From an uncultured delta proteobacterium (lineage in GTDB: Bacteria > Myxococcota > UBA727 > VGSZ01), in contig CAVZJB010000012.1 in NCBI GenBank assembly GCA_963775425.1, forward strand, positions 320,001 through 384,000: 64,000 nucleotides of DNA, written 5' to 3'. Below the pieces are notes generated by a model. That model saw only the letters and a program-made list of their open reading frames with translations, was not told the DNA's origin and made no database searches. Below, piece after piece: positions 22,445 to 33,119 of this stretch; position 1 is the stretch's first letter; each line of letters starts with the position of its first letter. The position numbers and the translations under genes are program-made.

Positions 22445-23353
22445 GTGGAGACGTTCGAGGGCACCTCGCCGGGGCGCTTCGGCCGGCTGACTCTGCTGCG
22501 ACCCATCGCGCGCGGAGGCATGGGCCAGGTGTGGTCCGCGGAGACGCCCGCGGGGGAAGCCTGCGTCGTCAAGCTCCTGCGCGCGGCCCTCGTCGACGAC
22601 GCCCAGGCGCGCCGCCGCTTCGTCGCCGAGGCCGAGCTGCTCGCGCGGCTGCACCACCCCGCCATCGTGCGCGTCATCGAGCAGGGCGAGGTCGACGGGC
22701 GTCTGTACGTCGCCCTCGAGCACATCGAGGGCGTGCCGCTGCGCTCGCTGATGAACGCGGTCGCCCGCCGCGGGCGCGTGTTGCCGCCGGCGGCGGCGTC
22801 GCGCATCGCGGGCGAGATCGCGTCGGCGCTGCACCACGCGCACAGCTCCGTCGACGCGAACGGCGCGCCGCTCGGCATCGTCCACCGCGACGTCTCGCCG
22901 CAAAACGTGATGGTCTGCTTCGACGGCGCCGTGAAGCTCATCGACTTCGGCCTCGCCACCTGGCGCGACCGCAGGGACGCGGGCGCCACCGCCGTCCACG
23001 GGACGTTCCCCTACATGTCTCCGGAGCAGGCGGCGGGCGAGCCGGTGGACGCGCGGGGCGACATCTACGCCGCCGCCGTCGTCCTGTACGAGCTCCTCAC
23101 CGGCGGCCCGTTCTTCGGCGGCCTCCTCGTCGAGCAGGCCGTCGAGCGGCTCGCGCGCGGCTATGTGCCGCCGGGCCTCACGGCCCTCGACAAGCCCGTC
23201 GCCGACGTCGTCGGGCGCGCCCTCGCCCCGCGTCCCGACCGGCGCTACGAGAGCGTGGCCGCGTTCGCCACGGCGCTCGCGCGCGCGCTACCGCCGTGCT
23301 CGCAGGAGGAGCTCGGCGCGCTCGTGGAGGCGCTCGTCTCTCCACACCCGTAG
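22445..23353 (+). CDS. Ser/Thr protein kinase
   Basis: ARGGMGQV, VVK, HRDVSPQN, DFG, YMSPE. Confidence 0.92.
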   Translation: METFEGTSPGRFGRLTLLRPIARGGMGQVWSAETPAGEACVVKLLRAALVDDAQARRRFVAEAELLARLHHPAIVRVIEQGEVDGRLYVALEHIEGVPLRSLMNAVARRGRVLPPAAASRIAGEIASALHHAHSSVDANGAPLGIVHRDVSPQNVMVCFDGAVKLIDFGLATWRDRRDAGATAVHGTFPYMSPEQAAGEPVDARGDIYAAAVVLYELLTGGPFFGGLLVEQAVERLARGYVPPGLTALDKPVADVVGRALAPRPDRRYESVAAFATALARALPPCSQEELGALVEALVSPHP

Positions 23354-23389
23354 GCGATGAAGCGCGCGCGGTCGGCGGGCGGGATCGGG

Positions 23390-23521
23390 CTACTCGTCGA
23401 GGCCGAAGGGGTCGCCGGCGTCGTGCTTCATCCACGTCCGGGCCACGGCGACGACGCCCGCGGTGAAGAACCCCGCCGCGGCGAGGAAGGGGAGGGCGAG
23501 GTCGAAGGACGAGGTCCACAT
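23390..23521 (-). CDS. Small single-TM protein (CcoS-like by position)
   Basis: 43 aa MWTSSFDLALPFLAAAGFFTAGVVAVARTW...FGLDE; ATG overlaps the ATPase stop. Confidence 0.4.
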   Translation of the reverse strand: MWTSSFDLALPFLAAAGFFTAGVVAVARTWMKHDAGDPFGLDE

Positions 23522-25668
23522 CAGGGTCTCCGGGGCGCAGGCATCAGGCACGTGACGAGGGCGGCCGCGACGGCGGCGGCGGGGAGGGCGACGGCGGCGA
23601 GCCCGGGCGTCATGCGCCCGGCCATCGCCAGGGCGATCCACGCCGCGCCGCTCACGCCCGACAACGTCGCCGCGGCGAGCGCCGCCCTGCGCGCGCTCCG
23701 CGCGACGTCGACGATGGCGGCGAGCGGGCCGGCGCCGCCGCCGAGGAAGACGAAGTCCGCGCGCGCCGACAGCGCAGGGCGGCCGAACGCCGGCGCGGCC
23801 GTCACGCCCGCCGCGGCGAACGCCGGGGCGTCGCCGGCGCCGTCGCCGACGAACAGCACGCGCTTGCCGCCGAGCGAGCGCACCAGCGCGCTCTTGTCGT
23901 CGGGGCGCGCGCCGGGCGCGGTGTGCTCGACGATGACGCCGCGGGCGGCGAGCGCCGCCGCCTGGTCACGGCTCTCGGCCGTCGGCTGCTCGACGAACGC
24001 GAGCTGCACCAGGCGCGCGCCGCCGCGCCACAGCGCGTCGCCGGCGAAGTGCGCGCCGAGGGCGCGGGCGTGGACGCCGAGGCCGGGCTGCTCCTCGACG
24101 TCGACGCGGGTGAGCCGGAGCGACGGCTCGCGCGCGCGCAGGAACGCGGCGACGGCGCGGCTCTTCGGGTGTGACGAGCGGGCGCACAGGTCGAAGAGCG
24201 TCTGGCGGTCCACCGCGTCGAGCGACGCGAGCGCCTTGTCCGACGCCGAGTCGAGGCGCGGCTCCGTGAGGACGACCTTGCCGGTGGCGTCGAGGAGGGC
24301 GCGGTCGACGCCGAGCAGGCGCTCCACGGCGTCGGGCCCGCGCACGAGCACGCCGAGCCGGCGCAGCCGCGCGGCCACGAGTCCGTCGAGGAGCGGCGCG
24401 GCGACGCCCGCGGCGAACGGCGAGGCCGCGAGCACCACCGCCGTGGCGACGGCCACGGCGCGAGCGGGGCCGGCGCCCCACCAGGACACGCCCGCGACGG
24501 CCGCGAGCAGGAGGATGCCGACGGTCGACGCCGTGGCGTAGCGGCCCCACAGCGCGGTGGTGCCGTCGCCGCAGTCGCGGGCGGCGAGGAGCGAGGGCAG
24601 CGGTGAGCGCGCGGCGTCGTCGGCGGCGTCGACGACCGCGGCGGCGCCGCCGGCGAGCCGGGCCCCCGCGGGGACGGTGTCGCCGGCGCGGAAGGCGCGT
24701 GGCGCGCCGTCCCCGGTGAGCCACGCGAGCGAAAACGAGACGTCGTCGTGACCAGCCAGGCGCGCGGGGACGGGCAAGATCTCCTTGGGGAGGATCAGCA
24801 GGCGGTCGCCGGCGCGCACGGCGCCGGCGGCGGCGGTGCCGACGGCGTCGCGGTGAAGCGGGTGCACGACGAGGCCGTCGAGCGCGGAGGCGCCGGGGAA
24901 GCCCTCGCGGACGAGGCGGCGGGCGAGCAGGCGGGCGCCGAGCGCGAGGGCGAGCAAGACGCTGACGGCGGCGAAGGGCGCGGGGTCGGGCGCGAGGATC
25001 GCGGACGCGACGGCGCCGCCATAGGTGACGACGGCGCCGAGGAAGATGGGCAGGTCGAGGTGCGGGACGCCGCGGGCGAAGGCGCGGGCGGCGCCCCGCA
25101 GCAACCAGGAGCCGGCGACGGTGAGCGAGGCGGTGGCGACGACGAAGAGCAGGGGGAGCGCGCTCGGTCCGCGGTGGAGGACGGCGAGCACGGCCGCGGC
25201 GGCGGCGAGGCCGACGGCGAGCACCGTGCGGGCGAAGAGATCGTCGCGGGGGCCGCGCGCGGGCCGCTCCGGCCGGACGCCGAAGCCGACGCGCTCGACG
25301 TCGTCGAGGAAGGCGGGCAGGTCTCCGGCGAGGCCGGCCTCGAGCCGGCCGCTCCCGGGGTCCACGCGGCAGGCGACGCCGCGCCCGGCAGCGAGCTCCT
25401 CGATGATCAAGGCCCCGGCGGCGCCGGCGCCCTCGACCTCGACGGCGACGAGGCCCGTGTCACGGGCCCGCTCGAGGAGCTCCGGCAGCCAGGCGCGCGG
25501 GGACGGCGGGCGCGCCCGGGGCAGTGTCCCGCCCGCGAGGGCGTACGCCCGCTCGAGCCCCCGCTCCACCAGGAGCGCGTGCGCGCCCTGGCACCGCGGC
25601 CCGCAGGCAGCAGGCGCGCCGGCGGGGGCGTCGACAGGGGCTCCACAATGCAGGCAGGCGCCGCGCAT
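23521..25668 (-). CDS. Degenerate heavy-metal P1B-type ATPase (CcoI/FixI-like)
   Basis: N-terminal CLHCG...ACGPRC; actuator-like GDRLLILPKEILP..LTGD; DATGK in place of DKTGT, SPF in place of CPC, GDGAGD in place of GDGxND. Confidence 0.7.
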   Translation of the reverse strand: MRGACLHCGAPVDAPAGAPAACGPRCQGAHALLVERGLERAYALAGGTLPRARPPSPRAWLPELLERARDTGLVAVEVEGAGAAGALIIEELAAGRGVACRVDPGSGRLEAGLAGDLPAFLDDVERVGFGVRPERPARGPRDDLFARTVLAVGLAAAAAVLAVLHRGPSALPLLFVVATASLTVAGSWLLRGAARAFARGVPHLDLPIFLGAVVTYGGAVASAILAPDPAPFAAVSVLLALALGARLLARRLVREGFPGASALDGLVVHPLHRDAVGTAAAGAVRAGDRLLILPKEILPVPARLAGHDDVSFSLAWLTGDGAPRAFRAGDTVPAGARLAGGAAAVVDAADDAARSPLPSLLAARDCGDGTTALWGRYATASTVGILLLAAVAGVSWWGAGPARAVAVATAVVLAASPFAAGVAAPLLDGLVAARLRRLGVLVRGPDAVERLLGVDRALLDATGKVVLTEPRLDSASDKALASLDAVDRQTLFDLCARSSHPKSRAVAAFLRAREPSLRLTRVDVEEQPGLGVHARALGAHFAGDALWRGGARLVQLAFVEQPTAESRDQAAALAARGVIVEHTAPGARPDDKSALVRSLGGKRVLFVGDGAGDAPAFAAAGVTAAPAFGRPALSARADFVFLGGGAGPLAAIVDVARSARRAALAAATLSGVSGAAWIALAMAGRMTPGLAAVALPAAAVAAALVTCLMPAPRRP

Positions 25669-25679
25669 GCCCCGCATTG

Positions 25680-25696
25680 AGCAAAGTGCGATCCAG
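25680..25696 (-). promoter_or_regulatory. Candidate sigma54 promoter
   Basis: Minus strand CTGGATCGCACTTTGCT, GG-N10-GC spacing, directly upstream of the ATPase-like gene. Confidence 0.45.
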
Positions 25697-25773
25697 CCCG
25701 CCCGCCGTCCCCGCCCCGGTCTGGCGTCCTCCCTCCCGCGCCCTGCGCCAAATCACACAGCCCGTCCGGGCGC

Positions 25774-26427
25774 TCACGCGCACCGCGGCACGCCGACGAG
25801 GAGGCGGTTTTTGGGCGTCACGGCGGCGGGGATCGCCTGGGTCGAGACCGCGTAGCCCGCGGCTTTGAGGCGGGCGGCGCGCGTGGCGTCGATGGCCAGG
25901 GCGCTGTCCATCCAGCCGGCGAGGCCGCCGGTGTCGCAGGTGGCGGCGTCGTGGCAGCAGGGGAGCACGGCGACGGCGGCGCGGTGCGCGAGCGCGGCGG
26001 CGAGGACGTCGTCGGTGAGGGCGCCGCAGGCGTGGCAGGACACGACGACGTCGCCGGCCCTGAGCTCGGGCGGCGCTTCCACGAGCGAGACGCGCCCGGC
26101 GATGCGCGGCCACGCGCGTTCGAAGGCCGCGTGGAGGATCGGCGCGCTCTTTGGGAGCCGAACGTCGAACGCGACCGCGAGGGGGCTCGTGTCGTCGAGG
26201 ACGAGCATGAGGTGCGCGAGGAGCCCGTGGCCGCACGCCATGTCGACGACGCGGCCGCCGCGCACCCGCCGGCGCACCCGCCGCGCGACCTCCCACGCCT
26301 CGAACAGCTCCTTGCGCGGCAGGCAGCCCGCGCCGCACACGACGCGCGCGACGCGATGAAGCAGCGTCTCCTCGGGGAAGAGCGCCGCGTGGCGCGGCAT
26401 CAGGCGGTTCTTCGAGCCCGGGTGCAC
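25774..26427 (-). CDS. SAM-dependent methyltransferase
   Basis: VVDMACGHGLL motif I, HACGALTD, PCCH, TPKN; start may instead be ATG 26400. Confidence 0.85.
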   Translation of the reverse strand: MHPGSKNRLMPRHAALFPEETLLHRVARVVCGAGCLPRKELFEAWEVARRVRRRVRGGRVVDMACGHGLLAHLMLVLDDTSPLAVAFDVRLPKSAPILHAAFERAWPRIAGRVSLVEAPPELRAGDVVVSCHACGALTDDVLAAALAHRAAVAVLPCCHDAATCDTGGLAGWMDSALAIDATRAARLKAAGYAVSTQAIPAAVTPKNRLLVGVPRCA

Positions 26428-26471
26428 GGCCCCGTGTAACGCACCGGGCAACGCGCGTCGCGCCGGCTCGC

Positions 26472-26909
26472 CTACGCGAGGGCGCGGCGAGCGGCGTCGG
26501 CGGCGTCGGCGCCGGCGAGGACGGCGAACAAGCCCGGGCGGAAGCGGTCGACGCTGGCGACGTTGGCGAGGCAGGCGTTCTTCACGAGCGCCGCCGTCAG
26601 CGTGGTGCCCTCGACGTCGACGCTGGTGCGGAAGCGCAGGACGCCGCGCTCCCAGTCGAGCTCGAAGTTGCCCGTGGTCAGCGCCGCGTTCACGCGCGTG
26701 ATGTACTCGGCGACCGCGGCCCTGCGCGCGTCGTCGACGCGCTCGCCGAGCACCGACGTGAACACGAACACCTCGCCGGGCCGCTCCTCGGCGATGCACA
26801 CCCACGCGCCGCTCTTGCCGCGGAAGGGCACGCGCAGGGTGCCGTCCTCGACGTCGAAGCGCCACTGCTCGGAGGTCAGCCACTGCGTGGCCACGTCGAG
26901 CAGGCTCAC
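26472..26909 (-). CDS. YbjN-domain protein
   Basis: VAEYITRVN..LTTGNFELD..GVLRFRTS pattern. Confidence 0.75.
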   Translation of the reverse strand: MSLLDVATQWLTSEQWRFDVEDGTLRVPFRGKSGAWVCIAEERPGEVFVFTSVLGERVDDARRAAVAEYITRVNAALTTGNFELDWERGVLRFRTSVDVEGTTLTAALVKNACLANVASVDRFRPGLFAVLAGADAADAARRALA

Positions 26910-27172
26910 GAGGCACGCTCGAGCACGTCGAAGCCCTGGAAGCACTCGGCCTGCACCGGGTCGAGCGGCGTCCGCGTCGCCCAGCCGTCATGATCGGCGC
27001 GGTTCGGGGCGTCGAGGGACGCGACCTCGGCGTCGAGGGACGCGACGTCGGCGTCGAGCCTCGACGTCGCCGGCGCTCCTGCCGTGGCCACGGTGTGGAC
27101 GACGCCTGCGGTGCCGCGGACGGGCATGGCCAAAAGCTAGCACGGCGCCGGTGCGGCCCCGGAAGACGCCGC

Positions 27173-27586
27173 TCAACGGGGCTGGGTCTTCTTGTCGCGC
27201 AGGGCGCGCAGCTTGGCCGCCACCGGGCTCTGCGGCGGCAGCGCCGCCTCCCGCGCCACCCGCGTGAGGGCGGGGACGCCGCGGTCGCGCACCAGGTGGG
27301 CGTTCATGGCGATCTCGGCGTCGGCGGGGCTCATGCCCGAGTAGACCGTCTCGTTGGGCTGCTCGGTGAGCGTGAGGCGATCCACCTCAGGGTCTGGGAG
27401 TTGCTCCGTGTGCCGGCGAACCACGACGTTGGGCCCGATCTCACACAGCCCGTAGCAGCCCCCGCGCAGGACCCGGCAGCGCTCGCCGTGGCCGGCGCCG
27501 ACGGCGCGGGCGCGCTCGGCGACGGCGTCGCTGCCGTTGGCCGTGCACATCCGGCCCTGGCACACCCAGACGTCGAAGAGGGCCAT
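27173..27586 (-). CDS. Thioredoxin-like [2Fe-2S] ferredoxin
   Basis: VWVCQGRMC...GCYGLCEIGPNVVV four-Cys pattern; divergent from korAB. Confidence 0.8.
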   Translation of the reverse strand: MALFDVWVCQGRMCTANGSDAVAERARAVGAGHGERCRVLRGGCYGLCEIGPNVVVRRHTEQLPDPEVDRLTLTEQPNETVYSGMSPADAEIAMNAHLVRDRGVPALTRVAREAALPPQSPVAAKLRALRDKKTQPR

Positions 27587-27679
27587 CCCGTCAGATCTAG
27601 CGAACTCACCGCCGAAACGCCCGTCTTGTCACCTGCGGATGCGGGTGGCTAGGGTGCCGCCATCACAGGATTTGCCCCC

Positions 27680-29581
<1,902 letters not shown>

Positions 29582-29584
29582 ACC

Positions 29585-30634
29585 ATGACCACCGCCTCCG
29601 CCCCCTCCGCCCCCCCCGCCGGTCTCGTCAAGCTCACGCGACGGGACTTCCAGACCAAGAACGACGTGCGCTGGTGCCCCGGCTGCGGCGACTACGCCAT
29701 CCTCGCCACGGTGCAGCGGCTCATGCCCGAGCTCGGCGTGCCGCGCGAGAACATCGTGTTCGTCTCCGGCATCGGCTGCGCCGCGCGCTTCCCGTACTAC
29801 ATGGAGACGTACGGGATGCACACCATCCACGGGCGCGCGCCCGCCATCGCCACCGGCTTGAAGATGACGCGCCCCGACCTTGACGTCTGGGTCATCACCG
29901 GCGACGGCGACTCGCTGTCCATCGGCGGCAACCACACGCTGCACATGCTGCGCAGGAACGTCGACCTGAAGGTGCTGTTGTTCAACAACCGCATCTACGG
30001 CCTCACCAAGGGGCAGTACTCGCCGGCGTCGGAGCAGGGCAAGATCACCAAGTCCACGCCCATGGGCTCGGTGGACTTCCCGGTGAACCCCGTGCAGTTC
30101 GCGCTCGGCGCCAACGCCACCTTCGTGGCGCGCGCCGTCGACACGGAGGCCAAGGGCCTGCTCGAGGTGCTCAGGAAGGCGCACGCGCACAAGGGCGCCG
30201 CCTACATCGAGATCCTGCAGAACTGTGTGGTCTTCAACGACGGCGCCTGGGCCGACGTGCGCGACAACAAGGACAAGAAGCCGATGAGCCAGCTCCTGCT
30301 CGTCGACCAAAAGCCCATGTTGTTCGACGGCGGCAAGCGGGGCATCGGCTTCGACAAGAACACGATGAAGCCGTTCGTGATCGATCTCGACAGGGAGCCC
30401 GGCAAGAAGGACCAGGTGCTCGTGCACGACGAGAGCGACCCCTCGGGCCTGATGGCGCACGTGCTCGCGTCCATGGATTACCCGCACTTCCCCATCCCGC
30501 TCGGCATCTTGAAGCGGCACGCGCGCCCGACGTTCGACGACCTCACCGTCGAGCAGGGCAACAAGGCCCGGGAGAAGGGCACGGCGGATCTGAAGAAGCT
30601 GCTGTTCTCCGGGGATCTCTGGACCGTCTCCTGA
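29585..30634 (+). CDS. korB: 2-oxoacid:ferredoxin oxidoreductase beta subunit
   Basis: WCPGCGD, SGIGC, HGRA, TPP motif GDGD...NN, YGLTKGQ. Confidence 0.95.
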   Translation: MTTASAPSAPPAGLVKLTRRDFQTKNDVRWCPGCGDYAILATVQRLMPELGVPRENIVFVSGIGCAARFPYYMETYGMHTIHGRAPAIATGLKMTRPDLDVWVITGDGDSLSIGGNHTLHMLRRNVDLKVLLFNNRIYGLTKGQYSPASEQGKITKSTPMGSVDFPVNPVQFALGANATFVARAVDTEAKGLLEVLRKAHAHKGAAYIEILQNCVVFNDGAWADVRDNKDKKPMSQLLLVDQKPMLFDGGKRGIGFDKNTMKPFVIDLDREPGKKDQVLVHDESDPSGLMAHVLASMDYPHFPIPLGILKRHARPTFDDLTVEQGNKAREKGTADLKKLLFSGDLWTVS

Positions 30635-30655
30635 CCACGACGGCGACGACGACGG

Positions 30656-31666
30656 TCAGCCGTCGCCGTCGCGAGGCTTGCCCGCGGTGGTGAGCACCGC
30701 GCGCCCGCCGAGCATGCCGATGGGCGTGAGCTCCGTGTCGCGGAACCCGGCGTCGGCCACCATCTGCCGCACCTCGACCTGCTCGTACGACTTCCCCTGG
30801 TCGGTCAAGACGAGCATCGTGAAGTTGAACATCAGCGCGGAGCTCGGCCCGCTCCTTCCGTCGTCGACGACCCAGTCCGACAGGAGCAGCCGGCCGCCGG
30901 GCTTCAAGCATCGGTGGCAGAACGACAGGAGCGCACGCGCCTCCGCCGGCGACTCGAGGTGGATGATGTTGGAGACGACGGCGACGTCGACCGGACCAAT
31001 CTCGGGAGGCCGTCGGTAGTCGCCGTCGACCGCGCGGAAGCAATCCGCGAGCCCGGCCGCTTCCACCACCTGCCGCGCTGCCGCGTTCACGTGCGGCAGA
31101 TCGAGCTGCGTGACCCGCGCCGCCGGGTCCGCGCGCAAAAACGCGAGCGCGTACAGCGCGCCGGCGCCGCCGCCGACGTCGAGGACCTCGGGGGCGGCGT
31201 CGCACCCGGCAGCGCGGACGACCTCCTCGGCGATGGCCCGGCCGCTGCGCGCCAGCGACGGGGTGAGCAGCGACCAGAAGGACGCCGCGTTTTCTCCTCC
31301 GATGGAGCGCGCCGGCACACCGTCGCGCACCATGCGATCGAGGTCCTGAAACGCCGTCAGCCACGCCTGGAAGAGCGCCGGCTGCTCGTCGCCGACGTAG
31401 CTCGGGCTCTCCGGCACGAGGAGCGCCTGCGCCGTCGGCGTGTTCGCGTAGCGGCCGGCGGTGACGCTCCAGAGCTTCAACGCGACCATGCCGTCGGCGA
31501 TCGCCTGTGTGCCGCGGAGCGACGTCGACGCGAACGCCGCGAGCTCTTCGACCGTCGCCGGGCCTGTGGACAGGCGCGCGCAGAAGCGGAACCGCAGCGC
31601 CGCCACGACGATGGCGTTCATGCGCGCGCCCTCGAGCGCCAGCGACACGGCGTTTGCTCCAAACAC
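30656..31666 (-). CDS. Class I SAM methyltransferase with dimerisation domain (O/N-methyltransferase)
   Basis: LDVGGGAG, LDLP, GDY, SNIIH, LKPGGRLL; start uncertain (GTG 31666 or ATG 31621). Confidence 0.88.
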   Translation of the reverse strand: MFGANAVSLALEGARMNAIVVAALRFRFCARLSTGPATVEELAAFASTSLRGTQAIADGMVALKLWSVTAGRYANTPTAQALLVPESPSYVGDEQPALFQAWLTAFQDLDRMVRDGVPARSIGGENAASFWSLLTPSLARSGRAIAEEVVRAAGCDAAPEVLDVGGGAGALYALAFLRADPAARVTQLDLPHVNAAARQVVEAAGLADCFRAVDGDYRRPPEIGPVDVAVVSNIIHLESPAEARALLSFCHRCLKPGGRLLLSDWVVDDGRSGPSSALMFNFTMLVLTDQGKSYEQVEVRQMVADAGFRDTELTPIGMLGGRAVLTTAGKPRDGDG

Positions 31667-31725
31667 TGCACCGTTTGCTAGCACAGATCCCGGTGTGATA
31701 TTCACAGTGACGACGGGAGGAGCCG

Positions 31726-31980
31726 ATGCCGCATCCGGATCGCGAGCAGGCGGTGAAGTCGTTCATCATCGCGGAATTCCTCACCGGGAGAGAAGACGTC
31801 GTCGACGATGACAGCCATCTCCTCAAGCTGGGGATCATCGACTCCATCTCCCTCGTACGGCTGACGGGCTTCATCCAGGACGAGCTCGGGATCGAGGTGC
31901 CTCCCACCGAGGTCACGCCGGACAACTTCAAGTCCATCCGCTCCATCGTCGAGCTGCTCGGACGGCTGCGCCCCGCCTGA
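31726..31980 (+). CDS. Stand-alone acyl/peptidyl carrier protein
   Basis: 84 aa, LGIIDSISLV phosphopantetheine site, RBS GGAGGAG. Confidence 0.92.
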   Translation: MPHPDREQAVKSFIIAEFLTGREDVVDDDSHLLKLGIIDSISLVRLTGFIQDELGIEVPPTEVTPDNFKSIRSIVELLGRLRPA

Positions 31981-33119
31981 TGGATTTCGCGCTGACCGAC
32001 GATCAGCTTCGGGCGCGCGACGGCGCCGTCCGCTTTGCGCGCGAGGAGCTGAACAGCGGCGCGCCGCCGGACCGGCTCCACTTCCCGTGGGAGCTGTGGC
32101 GCAAGAGCGCCGACTTCGGCCTGCTGCAGATGTTCGTCCCCGAGCCGTACGGCGGCGCGCCCGTCGACTGCGTCACCGCGGCGGCCATCCTCGAAGGCGT
32201 CGGCTACGGCTGCGCCGATCGTGGCTTCGTGCACGCGCTCTCCGCGCAGCTCGTCGCCAGCTTGCAGCTCGCCATCTTCGGGACCGAGGAACAAAAGCGC
32301 GCCTACCTGCCGGCGATGTGTGGCGGCGAGCTGGTGGCGTGTCAGGCCATCACGGAGCCCGGCGCGGGGTCGGACGTCTCGTCCATGCAGGTGCGCGCGC
32401 GACGCGACGGCGACGTCTGGCTCGTGAGCGGCACCAAGAGCTACGCGAGCAACCTGCCCATCGCGCACCTCGCCCTCGTCTTCGCCGTGACGGACCCGGA
32501 GATGCCGGCGCTCGGCAGGCTGTCGTGCTTCCTCGTCGAGCTGAACGCGTCAGGCGTCGGCCGCAGCGCGCCCTTTCACAAGCTCGGCCTCGACACACTT
32601 CAAAACGGCGAGCTCTATCTCGACGCATGTGCGGTGCCGCGGGACCGCTTGCTCGGTGCGGAGGGCTCCGGCGGCGCCATCCTCATGGAGGCGATGGACT
32701 GGGAGCGCATCATCTTCTTCGCCGGCGAGGTGGGCTCCCTGCGGCGTCAGCTCGAACGAACCGTGAAGTTCGCCAAAGATCGTCGTCAGTTCAACAAGCC
32801 GATCAGCGACTTCCAGGCCGTCTCGCACAAGATCGCCGACATGCAGGTGCGCCTCCAGCTCGGCGAGCTCATCATCTACAAGGCCGCCTGGCTGAAGTCG
32901 CAGAGGAAGCCGGCCACGCTCGAAGCCTCCATCGCGAAGCTGTTCGTGAGCGAGGCGAGCCGGACCGGCGCGAGCGACATGCTCCAGATCCACGGAGCGC
33001 TCGGCTACATCGAGGAGTCCGGCGTCGCCGTCGAGCTGCGGGACAGCGCGGCGCTCACCATCCTCTCGGGGACGTCGGAGATCCAGCGCAACATCATCGC
33101 CAAGTTGACGGGGCTGTGA
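31980..33119 (+). CDS. Acyl-CoA/acyl-PCP dehydrogenase (PltE/AnaB-like)
   Basis: TEPGAGSD, GVGYGCADRG, RRQFNKPI, QIHGALGY, SGTSEIQR. Confidence 0.9.
   Translation: MDFALTDDQLRARDGAVRFAREELNSGAPPDRLHFPWELWRKSADFGLLQMFVPEPYGGAPVDCVTAAAILEGVGYGCADRGFVHALSAQLVASLQLAIFGTEEQKRAYLPAMCGGELVACQAITEPGAGSDVSSMQVRARRDGDVWLVSGTKSYASNLPIAHLALVFAVTDPEMPALGRLSCFLVELNASGVGRSAPFHKLGLDTLQNGELYLDACAVPRDRLLGAEGSGGAILMEAMDWERIIFFAGEVGSLRRQLERTVKFAKDRRQFNKPISDFQAVSHKIADMQVRLQLGELIIYKAAWLKSQRKPATLEASIAKLFVSEASRTGASDMLQIHGALGYIEESGVAVELRDSAALTILSGTSEIQRNIIAKLTGL

Noticed and set aside
21019-23466. Plus-strand ORFs with (FA)n or (SP)n tracts
   Set aside because: Antisense readings of the GE repeat; the minus-strand frame has the lipobox and coherent domains.
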